Shown piece after piece: positions 11,875 through 23,328 of a DNA stretch of 64,000 nt. The DNA lies in NCBI GenBank assembly GCA_950097015.1, contig CATNEN010000029.1, positions 8,060,001-8,124,000 of the forward strand, in the 5' to 3' direction. A program made the translations under genes and the position numbers. The stretch is from Macrostomum hystrix. Taxonomy: Eukaryota; Animalia; Platyhelminthes. Each line of letters begins with the position of its first letter. Position 1 is the stretch's first letter. The notes beneath the pieces are model-generated. The model did no database searches. It had not been told where the DNA came from and saw only the letters and a program-made list of their open reading frames with translations.

Positions 11875-14862
11875 TCAGCCAACTCGTACAGGCTGGTTCG
11901 TTGAGATTATAGTCTCATGTGGTTTCCCTGCGTCACTAAGCTTGACTTCCATCTCCAGAACCGTCTGTCGCGGTGGGACGGCATCAGCATCGGCTCGGTA
12001 AACTAGAGCCGCTAGAAGCAGAAAGCCGGCCTCCAAAACCTTCAAGCTGAAGGCAAACAATAGCACTAGAAGCCAGAAAGCGTGTCCATTGTAATGACCG
12101 CAGGCGCCGCTGTCGCTGCATTGCTCGCCAGCTGCGGGAGTCCAGAGGTCGCATGTGATGTCAATGAGGCGGCCAAGCGCCAGGGGTCCGGGAACGCTGC
12201 CCAGGGCGCGCAGGATCACCCACTGTACTCCCAAGCCGAAATCCTTCAGCGTTGGCGGCAGCACTCGCATAGTGCAGTGCAGCGTGGGCACGGACAGGAA
12301 GAAGACTGCAAATAGGAAGAGGCCAACAAGAAGCAGAAAGGCTGGCAGTCCGTGACAGTCGACATTCTGACAGGCGCCAGTGGCTGAATAGTTGCCTAAC
12401 GTAGCTATGCATGAGCAGTTCGTGTATCGCCTGCTCACACCCGAGCTGGATGCTTCCGTATTGCCGTTGCCATGGCAACCGGCATAGCAGGCCGAGTAGT
12501 AGGTAACGCCATCAGAGCCGCAAACCGGCTCGAATGCTGAGCGTTGACAACCGCAGTTGGCGTTGCAGTCGGAATTGAGGCCTCCGAGAGCCGGCAAGAT
12601 CTCCAGACTGGAGTTGGGCACCGAAATAGACAAAAATAGGAGGAAAAAATTCACCAACCAAAACGGGATAATTTGCCATTCTAGTTTCGATTATGATAGG
12701 ATATGGTACAAACTGGTAGGATAATTATCTTGGGGAATTTCCCATCCCATTAGGGATAAATTAGCTAAAAGGTGGGATAATTAATCGGCTTTGGGAAATT
12801 CGGCATCTCTTTGGGGAAAAGTTTGTAGGATAATATATTAGCTAACTATGAGCAGTTTGGTTAGTGTTTGCTCACTATGATCTCAAGATTAACTCAATGC
12901 ATGCCACCAACGCAGTCGAGATAAAGAGCTTGTGGATGTTCACACCTGTGATAGCGAGCACTAACTCCGGCGAAAGGCAATTCAACGCCGCTGCATTTGA
13001 TCAGGAAGCCGCAGGCCAGGGCGACCCCGACGCCAGAAGCTGCGGCGCTCAGCCACAGCAGACGCCGCACTCCCAGCCGATCCGCCTGCCAGCGAGTCAG
13101 CGCGCCGCCAGCTAGAAGGCCCAGAGCAGCGCAGGGCACCGTCACCAGGCCGATGGATATTGTGGCCGCCCCGGCTGTCATGCCAAACAGAGTCTGCAGA
13201 ACCTTCGGCCCGAAGGTTGACATCCCAGTGATGAGGAGGCTGTCCGCGGAGCCGCTCAGTGACAGGCAGAGGAACGTCGGGTTGGTCAGGATAGCGGCGA
13301 GAGCCGAGGCGAAGCCAGATGTTCCAACTGTTGCTGAGGTAGGTGGACTCACACCTGTCAAGTGATGAGTAAAAGCCAATGCTCGACTTACTGTGTACTA
13401 TACGGAAGAAAAACCAAACCTGCCCCTGATTGAATTGCTAAGGATTATTAATTCTATGCATGCCTTCATTCTTTTACCAAAGTGCGAACTAATACGATCT
13501 CGTCCTCGTCTACGATCTTGTCCTCGGCTACGATCTCGTCTTCGGCTACAATCTCGCCTTCATATTCGGCTACGATCTCGTCCTCATTTACGATCTCGCC
13601 CTCGACAACGATCGCGCGATCGGCCTCGACTACGATCTCGTCCTCCGCTATCGGAAACCATCTCGCCCTTGACGACGTTCTCGCCTTGCCTATACATTCT
13701 CGCCCTGACCCTAGCGCTTCATCTTGCAATCTTGCAATTACCCCTGTCCGTGCCATTCTTCTTACCTTCGACCACTTCCTCGCGTTCGCTCTCGCCGTTG
13801 CTTGCAGCCGCGTCGCCAGTCGCCAGTCTAGCCGGGAAGCCGTACAGTGCCGGCACTGCAGCCAGCGCCAAGCAGCCGGTGAGCAGGAATCCCAGCCACC
13901 AGGCTCCAACCCACTGTCGCACATTGGCTGGCGTCAGGCCACCCGTAGCCACCTGTCCGGGAGACTCGGGCATGTCGAGAAAGACGCCACCCAGCAGGTA
14001 TCCGGCCGCCGGTCCCAGCACACCGGCGGTGTAATAGACGCCGAGGTAGGTGCCGGAGCTGCCGCTGCCGCTGACTGTTGTCAGGCTGTCATCTAGAAAT
14101 GCGACGCCGAGTGTGTACAACGGCGATGCGCCGAAGCCGTGAAGCAGCTGAGACAGCCAGAAGATCCATTTGTAGACGTTCAGTGATGCGACGGCTGCGT
14201 CTGCGGTACAGGCGCTGTTGGTCGAGGCCGTGACAGCGGAGGTGGTGACAGCAGAATCGGCGTCACTTGCAACGCAGAGCTGGGACGCGTTTCCTGCTGA
14301 TCTATTTGGCGTAGAGATTATTTTTGACAATTCAATAAGTGCAACCCACTGTGAGTGCAGCACACCAACCCACAGTGCAGCACACCAACCCACAGTGCAG
14401 CACACCAACCCACAGTGCAGCACACCAACCCACAGTGCAGCACACAAACCTGAACAGATAAGGTCCAGCGGTGAGGCGGGGCAGAGCGAACAGGAAGGAG
14501 CCGAACGACATCAGCAGGCAGCCGGCGGCAATCAGGCGACCGCGCCTTCGACCGGGCCTGCCGCCAAAGTAGGTGACGGGCACCAGGCAGAGCAGGCTGC
14601 CAATGTCGTAGATGGATGCCACCAGGCCGCTCTCCGTCGACGTTAATCCGAAGCGAATCTCCAGGGTGGTGAGCACGCTGTTCACGAAGCCGTTAACCGC
14701 CATGCTCTGCACGAAGCTGCACAGACACAGCCAGGCCAGCAGGCAGGCCGGCCGGGCGAATCTCTGGCAGGCTGCCGGGGCCGATGCACGGCTCCTCCAG
14801 CTCCAGGAGCAGTGGCCGGCGGAGCCAGACAAATCGATTGGTGACACCCTGTTCGATGACAT
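11875..14862 (-). CDS. Organic anion transporting polypeptide (OATP/SLCO family)
   Basis: Exons 14862-14450, 14301-13766, 13354-12946, 12607-11875, all GT-AG and phase-consistent. Motifs GLVASIYDIG, WVGAWWLGF, Kazal-like FEPVCGSDGVTYYSACYAGC and LGVQWVILRALGSVPGP. Start codon may lie further upstream. Confidence 0.92.
13495..13645. repeat. 18-bp minisatellite (CTACGATCTCGTCCTCGG-like) in OATP intron 2
   Basis: Degenerate tandem units. Confidence 0.75.
14345..14449. repeat. 20-bp minisatellite (CACACCAACCCACAGTGCAG) in OATP intron 1
   Basis: About 5 tandem units. Confidence 0.9.
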
Positions 14863-15299
14863 CCCCCAGGTGCATCCACTGCGAAAGGTGGATAATAAAT
14901 GACAGCTCGTAACTGCGACTAATATAATTTCTACGACACCTGCCTCTCTTTGTAACAGCAGCAATCGACAATTAATATATTGCGCTTCATAATTATAGAG
15001 GATGTTTCCATGGAAACCAACGAGACATTGTTTAGAATCGTCCCATCACAAAGGAGCTGGAATACGATAGTACTGCAAGTTTAAAGATTAAGTTACAAAG
15101 GAGACTGAAGGTAGCGCAAAACGTGAAAATGTCATAAAGAGCCCAGAATACATTTTCTTTGAAAAAAATTTTATTGGTAACAGTGTTGTGATTTCCACTT
15201 TTAATTCCTAGAAACTGGGATTCATGACGTGAAATTCTCAGATTATGAGATTTCCAACCTAAACTTCTTGTAAACCGAGCTTTCAACCAGAAATTCTCT

Positions 15300-16102
15300 A
15301 TGAAAACTATAACTTCCTATCCAAAATTCTTGGAAACTGTGACTTCCGACCCGAAATTCTTGGAAACTTTGACTTCTGACCCGAAATCCTTGGAAACTGT
15401 GACTTCCGACCCGAAATTCTTGGAAACTTTGACTTCTGACCCGAAATCCTTGGAAACTGTGACTTCCGACCCGAAATCCTTGGAAACTGTGACTTCCGAC
15501 CCGAAATTCTTGGAAACTGTGACTTCCGACCCGAAATCCTTGGAAACTGTGACTTCCGACCCGAAATTCTTGAAAACTGTGACTTCCGACCCAAAATTCT
15601 TGGAAACTGTGACTTCCGAGCCAAAATTCTTGGAAACTGTGACTTCCGACCCGAAATTCTTGGAAACTGTGACTTCCGACCCAAAATTCTTGGAAACTGT
15701 GACTTCCGACCCGAAATTCTTGGAAACTGTGACTTCCGACCCAAAATTCTTGGAAACTGTGACTTCCGACCCGAAATTCTTGGAAACTGTGACTTCCGAC
15801 CCAAAATTCTTGGAAACTGTGACTTCCGACCCGAAATTCTTGGAAACTGTAACTTCTGACCCGAAATTCTTGGAAACTGTGACTTTTCACCCGAAATCCT
15901 TGGAAACTGTGACTTCCGACCCCGAATTCTTGGAAACTGTGACTTCCGTGCCAAAATCCTTGGAAACTGTGACTTCCGACCCGAAATTCTTGAAAACTGT
16001 GACTTCCGACCCGAAATTCTTGAAAACTGTGACTTCTGTCCCGAAATCCTTGGAAACTGTGACTTCCGACCCGAAATTCTTGGAAACTGTGACTTCCGAC
16101 CC
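15300..16102. repeat. 30-bp tandem repeat (GGAAACTGTGACTTCCGACCCGAAATTCTT), ~26 copies
   Basis: Direct tandem units; the long ORFs here are repeat artefacts. Confidence 0.95.
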
Positions 16103-16762
16103 AGTTTTTGGAAATCCTTTTGTTTATTAATTGAAATAGAGATTTACGCCCTGAAATTCTTGGCAATCCTGTGAATGGAGTCGTGTCCTGTGAATGGAGA
16201 TAAGAATTGCAATTTCTAAAAAACAATGATTTCTGCCTAGAATTTTCGCAAACTTTTTTAAAGAGAGTCACAATACTTTTCGCGATTCCTGTAGTGCTTG
16301 CTCAGAGTACATACTTGCAATTTGATGCAACAAATAATTTGACGTTTAAAATTAGACTCACCTGGCCCTTAAATAGGTAAAATGCCTTGTCGAACTCACA
16401 ATGAAATCGGCTCTGATTGTCAATGGCTACGGGAAAAAAACTTTGTCGCTAGCCAAACAGAGTCAATCTGCAGACGCCCGGCCATCATCAGAAGGATAAT
16501 GTTTCACCTTTCACAAAGGGTAATCTCGCTTATTATTTTTTCAAAAAACAGTCACGATATAGACCACTTGATTTGAGCACAAACATGCACTTGTACATTC
16601 AGCCGCCGCAGCCTCACATGTAAAAAAACTTTTTGCTACTCAGTTTGTACATTAACGTTGGGCAATTACCCAAATTATAGTTGGGCAAAATGTAACCGCT
16701 GGTTAGAAAAATTTATTATTGTGCCCTTTGGAGAAATATCATGATCAAAGCTTCATAATAGT

Positions 16763-16990
16763 AGGGGCTTGTAGCCTAGTAGTTAGAGCGTCGGACTCAC
16801 GACTTGAAGGTCGAGGGTTCGATTCTCGACTCCACTGGAACAATTTGCGTCCTTCAGAAAGACACTTAACTATGCATTGCTTCAGTTCAACCAGCTGTTT
16901 AATGGGTGCCAGCTGGGGCGATTGAGGGTGGGTGTGGCGTCCACCCAGTCCATTGACAGCTGTACGCAGCCTTCAGATGCGGCGCGCAAT
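16763..16990 (+). mobile_element. tRNA-derived SINE, family 1
   Basis: A-box TAGCCTAGTAGTTAGAGCG, B-box GGTTCGATTCTC, CORE-like AAGACACTTAACT...CTTCAGTTC...AATGGG, and tail shared with 390-617. Confidence 0.8.
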
Positions 16991-17697
16991 AGCTGCGGCA
17001 GTGCTGTCGGCTGCACATCTGGCCCAATTAAGGCAGGTGCAATCAATCAATTTTTTAGCAGTTATTAACACTATAATACTACTGTTCTATTCAGTAGTAG
17101 CATAAAAATATTTAAAAAAGTAATAATTTTTGTGTCCAGTTTCCACAACTGTTGAGTAATTTAACGTGATTGACACATGATTGATCGGTGATCGTTGGGT
17201 CGTAATCTGTGATTTACACATGTAAATTAAATGATCTCAAGGACTTTATGTACTAAAGACAAACGATTTTCACCGACAAGTGCGCAAATACGAGCCTGAC
17301 AAATATGATTATTTGTATTGATTAGTTACATTATTGTTGAACAGTTTTTGACCTTAATCGTAGGGCAATTAGAATTCAATTGAGCAATAAGATAATTAAA
17401 CATTCGTCACGACCGTTTTCAACGAAACCAGAGCTGTTCGTAAGACAATTATATTCTTATTAAATGTTTTTGTAAGGATTCGAGGCTTAAACGACTTCTC
17501 TACCAGTCTTCAAATGTCCCTGGAGCAATTAAAAAGGGAGACGCTTAAAATATTTGACGAGCCTGAAAAGCAGAAAGTTAAATTAGTGCTAATTTTTACA
17601 AGCCTAATTAGATAAAAAAAGGCCTATCCTTTTCTGGATAAAAACACGAGAGTAGAATTTTAACTCTACTTCTAATTTTAAATACGAAGTTCTGTGC

Positions 17698-18930
17698 GAT
17701 TACATCCTGTTCCGTGTGATAATATCCTGTTCCGTGTGATAATATCCTGTTCCGTGTGATAATATCCTGTTCCGTGTGATAATATCCTGTTCCGTGTGAT
17801 AATATCATGTTCCGTGTGATAGTATCCTGTTCCGTGTGATAATACCCTGTTCCGTGTGATAATATCCTGTTCCGTGTGATAATATCCTGTTCCGTGTGAT
17901 TATATCCTGTTCCGTGTGATTATATCCTGTTCCGTGTGATAATATCCTGTTCCGTGTGATAATATCCTGTTCCGTGTGATAATATCCTGTTCCGTGTGAT
18001 AATATCCTGTTCCGTGTGATAATATCCTGTTCTGTGTGATAATATCCTGTTCTGTGTGATAATATCCTTTTCCGTGTGATAATATCCTGTTCCGTGTGAT
18101 AATATCCTGTTCCGTGTGATAATATCTTGTTCCGTGTGATAATATCCTGTTCCGTGTGATAATATCCTGTTCCGTGTGATAATATCCTGTTCTGTGTGAT
18201 AATATCCTTTTCCGTGTGATAATATCCTGTTCCGTGTGATAATATCCTGTTCCGTGTGATAATATCCTGTTCCGTGTGATAATATCCTGTTCCGTGTGAT
18301 TATATCCTGTTCCGTGTGATAATATCCTGTTCCGTGTGATAATATCCTGTTCTGTGTGATAATATCCTGTTCCGTGTGATAACATCCTGTTCCGTGTGAT
18401 AATACCCTGTTCCGTGTGATAATACCCTGTTCTGTGTGATAATATCCTGTTCCGTGTGATAACGCCCTGTTCCGTGTCAGTACATCCTGTTCCGTGTCAG
18501 TACATCCTGTTCCGTGTCAGTACATCCTGTTCCGTGTCAGTACATCCTGTTCCGTGTCAGTACATCCTGTTCCGTGTCAGTACATCCTGTTCCGTGTCAG
18601 TACATCCTGTTCCGTGTCAGTACATCCTGTTCCGTGTCAGTACATCCTGTTCCGTGTCAGTACATCCTGTTCCGTGTCAGTACATCCTGTTCCGTGTCAG
18701 TACATCCTGTTCCGTGTCAGTACATCCTGTTCCGTGTCAGTACATCCTGTTCCGTGTCAGTACATCCTGTTCCGTGTCAGTACATCCTGTTCCGTGTCAG
18801 TACATCCTGTTCCGTGTCAGTACATCCTGTTCCGTGTCAGTACATCCTGTTCCGTGTCAGTACATCCTGTTCCGTGTCAGTACATCCTGTTCCGTGTCAG
18901 TACATCCTGTTCCGTGTCAGTACATCCTGT
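17698..18930. repeat. 20-bp tandem array with two domains (ATCCTGTTCCGTGTGATAAT then ATCCTGTTCCGTGTCAGTAC)
   Basis: About 60 units; the variant switches near 18470. Confidence 0.95.
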
Positions 18931-19843
18931 TACGTGTAATAGTATACTGTTATTCGTGATGTTAAGTTTGAGTTTTCTTTGTCAGACTTTAATACTTCTG
19001 ATAAGAAAGTGGTGATAATCTCAAGGAGCAAGATAACAGGCCGTTCAAATTAGGTGTTTATTTCTATCGTATAGTGTTTTTCCTTTCAGTTCAATTAAAG
19101 ACGGACAACAGCCTGCTGACCTTCTGTAGGCCAGCAGAACCATTATTCTCCGCTAGTCTCAATCGCACAATTTGATTGATGCTCAGCAGGAAAAGCAACA
19201 ATTTTTTTGCTTAGTTTATTTTCCCAAATGAGTTCTGTTGACTGGGAATATTTGACTTGGCAATCAATCTCAATGAACCAGCCGCATTATTGACACTACT
19301 CAAAGATCTGAACTAATGTTGGGCGACGGCAATATAAATCACGGAACACAGCTTTTTGTCGGGTCCGAAAGTGTCAAACTACGCATTTCTAGCTTAGTGT
19401 CTATTTAATAATTTATGCTCTGGGCCGGTTCCAAAGCACTTAATGCCAGCCAAAGAATAGGATGGTTTTGAGACAACTGGGTGGCCCATAAGATGATTTG
19501 GAAGAAATTAAGAGAAGACAAATCAACCATCCGCTGGGACCTGCCCGCCGCGATAAGAATTGGCAACCCAGATTAGGCGAGAATAGAGTTTTGGAGCTTT
19601 AAGGAAAACTAATGACCGTTGTCAGGCTGAAGGAGTTGATGGAGGATGTGACCAGCGGCCAGCCAATCAAGTCGTCAGCACCGCCCCACCCTTAGCCTTC
19701 ATTTAAATAGCAAGCAACTTGCTTTCTGAGCAGGACTCGCTTATCCGCCCATCTCCATTATAGTCGCTGCAAAGCAGACCTGTTTCCTGGATTTCACAGC
19801 TCATTTGTGTAGCTCTAATTTATCCCCACAGAGTGAAATCCCC

Positions 19844-20732
19844 ATGATGGCCGCCACTACCAAGGCTTTCCTGGCCCTGTGCCTGCTGATCAACTGCTTC
19901 TGCCTGTTCCAGACAGCCTCCGCCTCCGCCGTTGACTATCCCGGAGATGGTAATATGGCTGCTTGTTACGCTTTTGAACATGTCCTTTTGCATTTAGAAG
20001 ATAGAAGACAACAGATAGAAAGCAGTCTTTGTCTAATAATATGCCTTTTACGGCGACAGACAAAAAACTAATCGGCCAGATTATACTCATTTCCTTAAAA
20101 GTTTGCATTATTAGCTTTCCCTTTAAGGATGATTGCCTATCTCTACACTTTAACGTCAAGGGTGTAACGTCAAGCAAAGCGGCAAAAATGGCCACTCTCC
20201 CTGTTCTATTCTTGCGCGTTTGTTGACAACAAAAAAAGCAGTATCAATTTAGGAGCCGCGGGCCGCCGCTAATGGGGTCAATTTTAGGCCAGGGTCACTT
20301 TGATCTCGCACTTAAAAGCATCATGAATTATTTGATGACGGCCTAAACCGCACTCCATGTTACGTGTTTTAGCACTCATGCAATTCCGTTGCAGATGCCC
20401 AGGACTTCTCCGAGGTGGAGCAGCGGCTGCCTCCAGAAATCCACGACGAAGAGCTGCTGCGCTGGCTGGCTAAGCGAGGTTCGATTCTCTCATGGCAGAG
20501 GGTTGAAGGGCTATAGAAAATAGTATCTGAATCCCCAATGGCTATTGTTAATTGTTAATTGGTAATTGTACCTGTAGGTCAGCCAGTCACAATCGCATGC
20601 AATCCAATTCATTCCACAGTGTCCCACGAGAGACTTCGATGGCTGCAGGGTCGACTCCGGCCGACTAACGGGGCCAGCAAGAGGCAGACCAAATTGCCCC
20701 CGATCTCCACCCTGAGGTTCGGCCGCGGCTAG
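19844..20732 (+). CDS. Neuropeptide precursor yielding an RFamide (QTKLPPISTLRF-amide)
   Basis: Exons 19844-19949, 20395-20478 and 20620-20732 (alternative in-frame acceptor near 20577), both introns phase 1 GT-AG. Signal peptide MMAATTKAFLALCLLINCFCLFQTASA; C-terminus KR-QTKLPPISTLRF-GR-G*. Confidence 0.8.
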
Positions 20733-21195
20733 ATGGACGATCGATGTCTGATTGAACAGGCGGAGACAAGATTGCTTGAATTGCAGTTGGATACAACAGT
20801 AAAACACCAACTTAGCCACCCATTGTTAGCTTGATAGAGCACAGCGACAACAAGCCAGCTAGCCCAATGAATAATCGACAATTGTTATCTATGAAATATA
20901 CAGTTCCTAAACTGAATGACATAATGACATTTGTGTGAGCACAGTAGAATTCTGTGATACATCAGTGTGTACGCTGCAATGGTTTGCAGACCAAACTGCT
21001 ACAATTGATTACGAGTATTCTATGGCTTTAACCGTTGTCGAGGCGCTGGATCATTTGTAAATGAGGTCGAAAAGTAGTATGCTGCCAAATATGTCTACAT
21101 GACATCCTAATATATTTAACCAATCCCCATGAAAATGTATGATTGAAACTAGTGTTAGACGCATTGTAAAATGCGAATTAGTCTCTGACTTTTGG

Positions 21196-23130
21196 CCATA
21201 GACATCCATTTACTGCACGCTTTTTTATTTTCATCGGAAAAATCGAAGGACTGCCATAGACATACGAGTAAATGTAGGACCTGAGCGCAGTTAGAAGACG
21301 ACTTCCAGCGATACCATGGCTTCGTCAGCTAAGCGTATTTATTACGTTGACTATAAGAAACTGCCTGGAGAAGCCATATCTGGAATGTCATCTTCACAGA
21401 TTGATATTATCCTACAACAGCAAACCGAAGAGCGCTTTGCTGAAAAACAAATCGAGCAACCTGCAAATGTGGACGAGGACTTTGTGCTGCCGGATGATAT
21501 TGACATTGACGGCATGTTCGACAGTTTGCCGAGCGTTGAAGATCTAGAGAAATCGATAGACGAGCTAGAAGAGAGTGTGACGAGTGCCGGTACCAGACGT
21601 CAGACTGATACGTACGTGAAAAAGCTGGTGGACTTCATAGCTTCGACACCGTCGTTGAATATTGACTTGATGACGGCTGAGCCGGAGAAGGTCATTCGTG
21701 TCCTCCGATTATTCTATGGCACGGCAAGTAAGACTGACGGCGGATATTATTCGCCAGCATCGCTAATCTGCATGCGTGCAGCTATTTTCCGCTACATGAT
21801 GCGAGCCAGGCAGCTAAACATCATTGAGGGCGATGCTTTCTATTCTGCAAACGCGACATTGAAGGCAATGGCGAGGAAGTTTATTTCCGATGGCGGTCGC
21901 GCGAAGCATTTCCAAGCTATTGAAGTGGAAGACATGGAGAAGTTATCTCGATACTTTGACAGACAGTCTCCGACGGCTTTGCTGCACGAGATTTATTACA
22001 GCCTGATTTACTACTTAGGAAATCGCGGTAGAGAATGGCTAAGAGGTCTGAAGGAAGACAGCTTCGTTTTCGAGACGATGTCTGATGGGAAGCGTGCAGT
22101 GCGCCTGTTGGCTGGTAAAGTGAAGAATGTAGGCAACACACTCGGTCGGGACGCATGTGACGATGTAAAGGAGTCGCTGATGATCGAGACTGCTGAAAAG
22201 TGTCCTGTACAAGCTCTCTTGATGTATCTAGAGAAACGGCGCGAGTCTTTGCCATCCACCTCAACCTCAACGAGTACTGCACCGTTTTTTATGAAACCCA
22301 AAACAACCAGGTGGAAGAACTCTAACTGGTATTTCGCGTCACAAGCGATTGGTGTTAATACCCTAGCAACCATGATGTCCAAATTGTCTGAGGCTGCCGG
22401 TTTGAGCAAGCGTTACATGGCCCATTGCATACGCCCTACCGTCATCAAGGAGTTGTCTGGTGCTGGGTACTCGAATGCTGACATCTGTAAAGTGACTGGC
22501 CACAAGCAAGTGAAGACAGTAGAACGATATCGGCAATTCGGAAGCAGACGAACGTCCGAGATGCGGGCTATGTGCAACTCATTGCACTCATCGCTTCATG
22601 AAGCCAATGCTTCGAACGGCCCCGATCGATTGAAGATGTGTCAGCCAGCGGAGCACGATGTTTCGAACAGTGGTAGTTCGACCGAGCCTCGGCATGTTGT
22701 CTTCAATCTCAACTTTAATGGAAACGTGAGTGGGTGCACCTTTAATTTAACGAAATGATTGCAGCTGCACAATAGCAAGTGATTTGACATCAATAAGATC
22801 TTAAAATTACGAGCTATTTCGATACTGACGAAAGTACAAGTAATTAATGTGTTATATCGTTGTCCTGTTGAAAAATATACGCACCGATTGTTCTTTTTGA
22901 GTTTGGACCATAGACGTCCATTTACTGCACGCTTTTTGTATTGCTTGACTATACGATCTTACTATAGACATGGTCATTTACTGCACGCTTGAGCGTTGTA
23001 CAATGCAGCACACGGACTTTAGTATCCGATGAAACAACTTATATCCACTCTCACACACAGTGAGTGTGGATATAGAAGGGATTCATTTTTGTTTTCAGAT
23101 GCGACTCGAATTTCTATAGTCCCGTGCATC
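21196..23130 (+). mobile_element. Crypton-like element (minimal extent; true termini uncertain)
   Basis: YR ORF flanked by 30-bp direct repeats (21196-21225 and 22908-22937), a degenerate third copy (22962-22990) and a hairpin at 23004-23128. Confidence 0.7.
21316..22758 (+). CDS. Tyrosine recombinase of a Crypton-type DNA transposon (DUF3504-like)
   Basis: Intronless 480-aa ORF with YR catalytic motifs in order: GNRGRE (R), KVKN (K), AHCIR (HxxR), TGHK (H), ERY (Y). Confidence 0.85.
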   Translation: MASSAKRIYYVDYKKLPGEAISGMSSSQIDIILQQQTEERFAEKQIEQPANVDEDFVLPDDIDIDGMFDSLPSVEDLEKSIDELEESVTSAGTRRQTDTYVKKLVDFIASTPSLNIDLMTAEPEKVIRVLRLFYGTASKTDGGYYSPASLICMRAAIFRYMMRARQLNIIEGDAFYSANATLKAMARKFISDGGRAKHFQAIEVEDMEKLSRYFDRQSPTALLHEIYYSLIYYLGNRGREWLRGLKEDSFVFETMSDGKRAVRLLAGKVKNVGNTLGRDACDDVKESLMIETAEKCPVQALLMYLEKRRESLPSTSTSTSTAPFFMKPKTTRWKNSNWYFASQAIGVNTLATMMSKLSEAAGLSKRYMAHCIRPTVIKELSGAGYSNADICKVTGHKQVKTVERYRQFGSRRTSEMRAMCNSLHSSLHEANASNGPDRLKMCQPAEHDVSNSGSSTEPRHVVFNLNFNGNVSGCTFNLTK

Positions 23131-23328
23131 TATTATAGCACAACTGTATCAACAATTGTGCCGTCAGCGACAGAAATGCATGGAATTAGTGCCTTTGTTA
23201 TATTTGATATAGACTGAAGCTTTTTATTTCTTACAAGCAGGAATCACGCAAAAAGTAAAAAAAGAGGCACTAAATACAACGCATTAATGAAACAGGATAA
23301 GTATGTTCTAATTGTCACTAAAAATGCT

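Noticed and set aside
13393-14096. RS-rich and acidic ORFs overlapping OATP
   Set aside because: They derive from the 18-bp intronic repeat and antisense frames; the 411-nt intron has an in-frame stop, so retention is not productive
15243-16271. Long ORFs in three frames (342, 276 and 215 aa)
   Set aside because: Translation of a stop-free 30-bp tandem repeat; no non-repeat coding context
16763-16835. Genuine tRNA gene
   Set aside because: Acceptor and anticodon stems do not pair; the sequence continues into a repeated SINE body
17608-19015. Repetitive ORFs (HTEQDII.., SVHPVPCQ..)
   Set aside because: Artefacts of the 20-bp array
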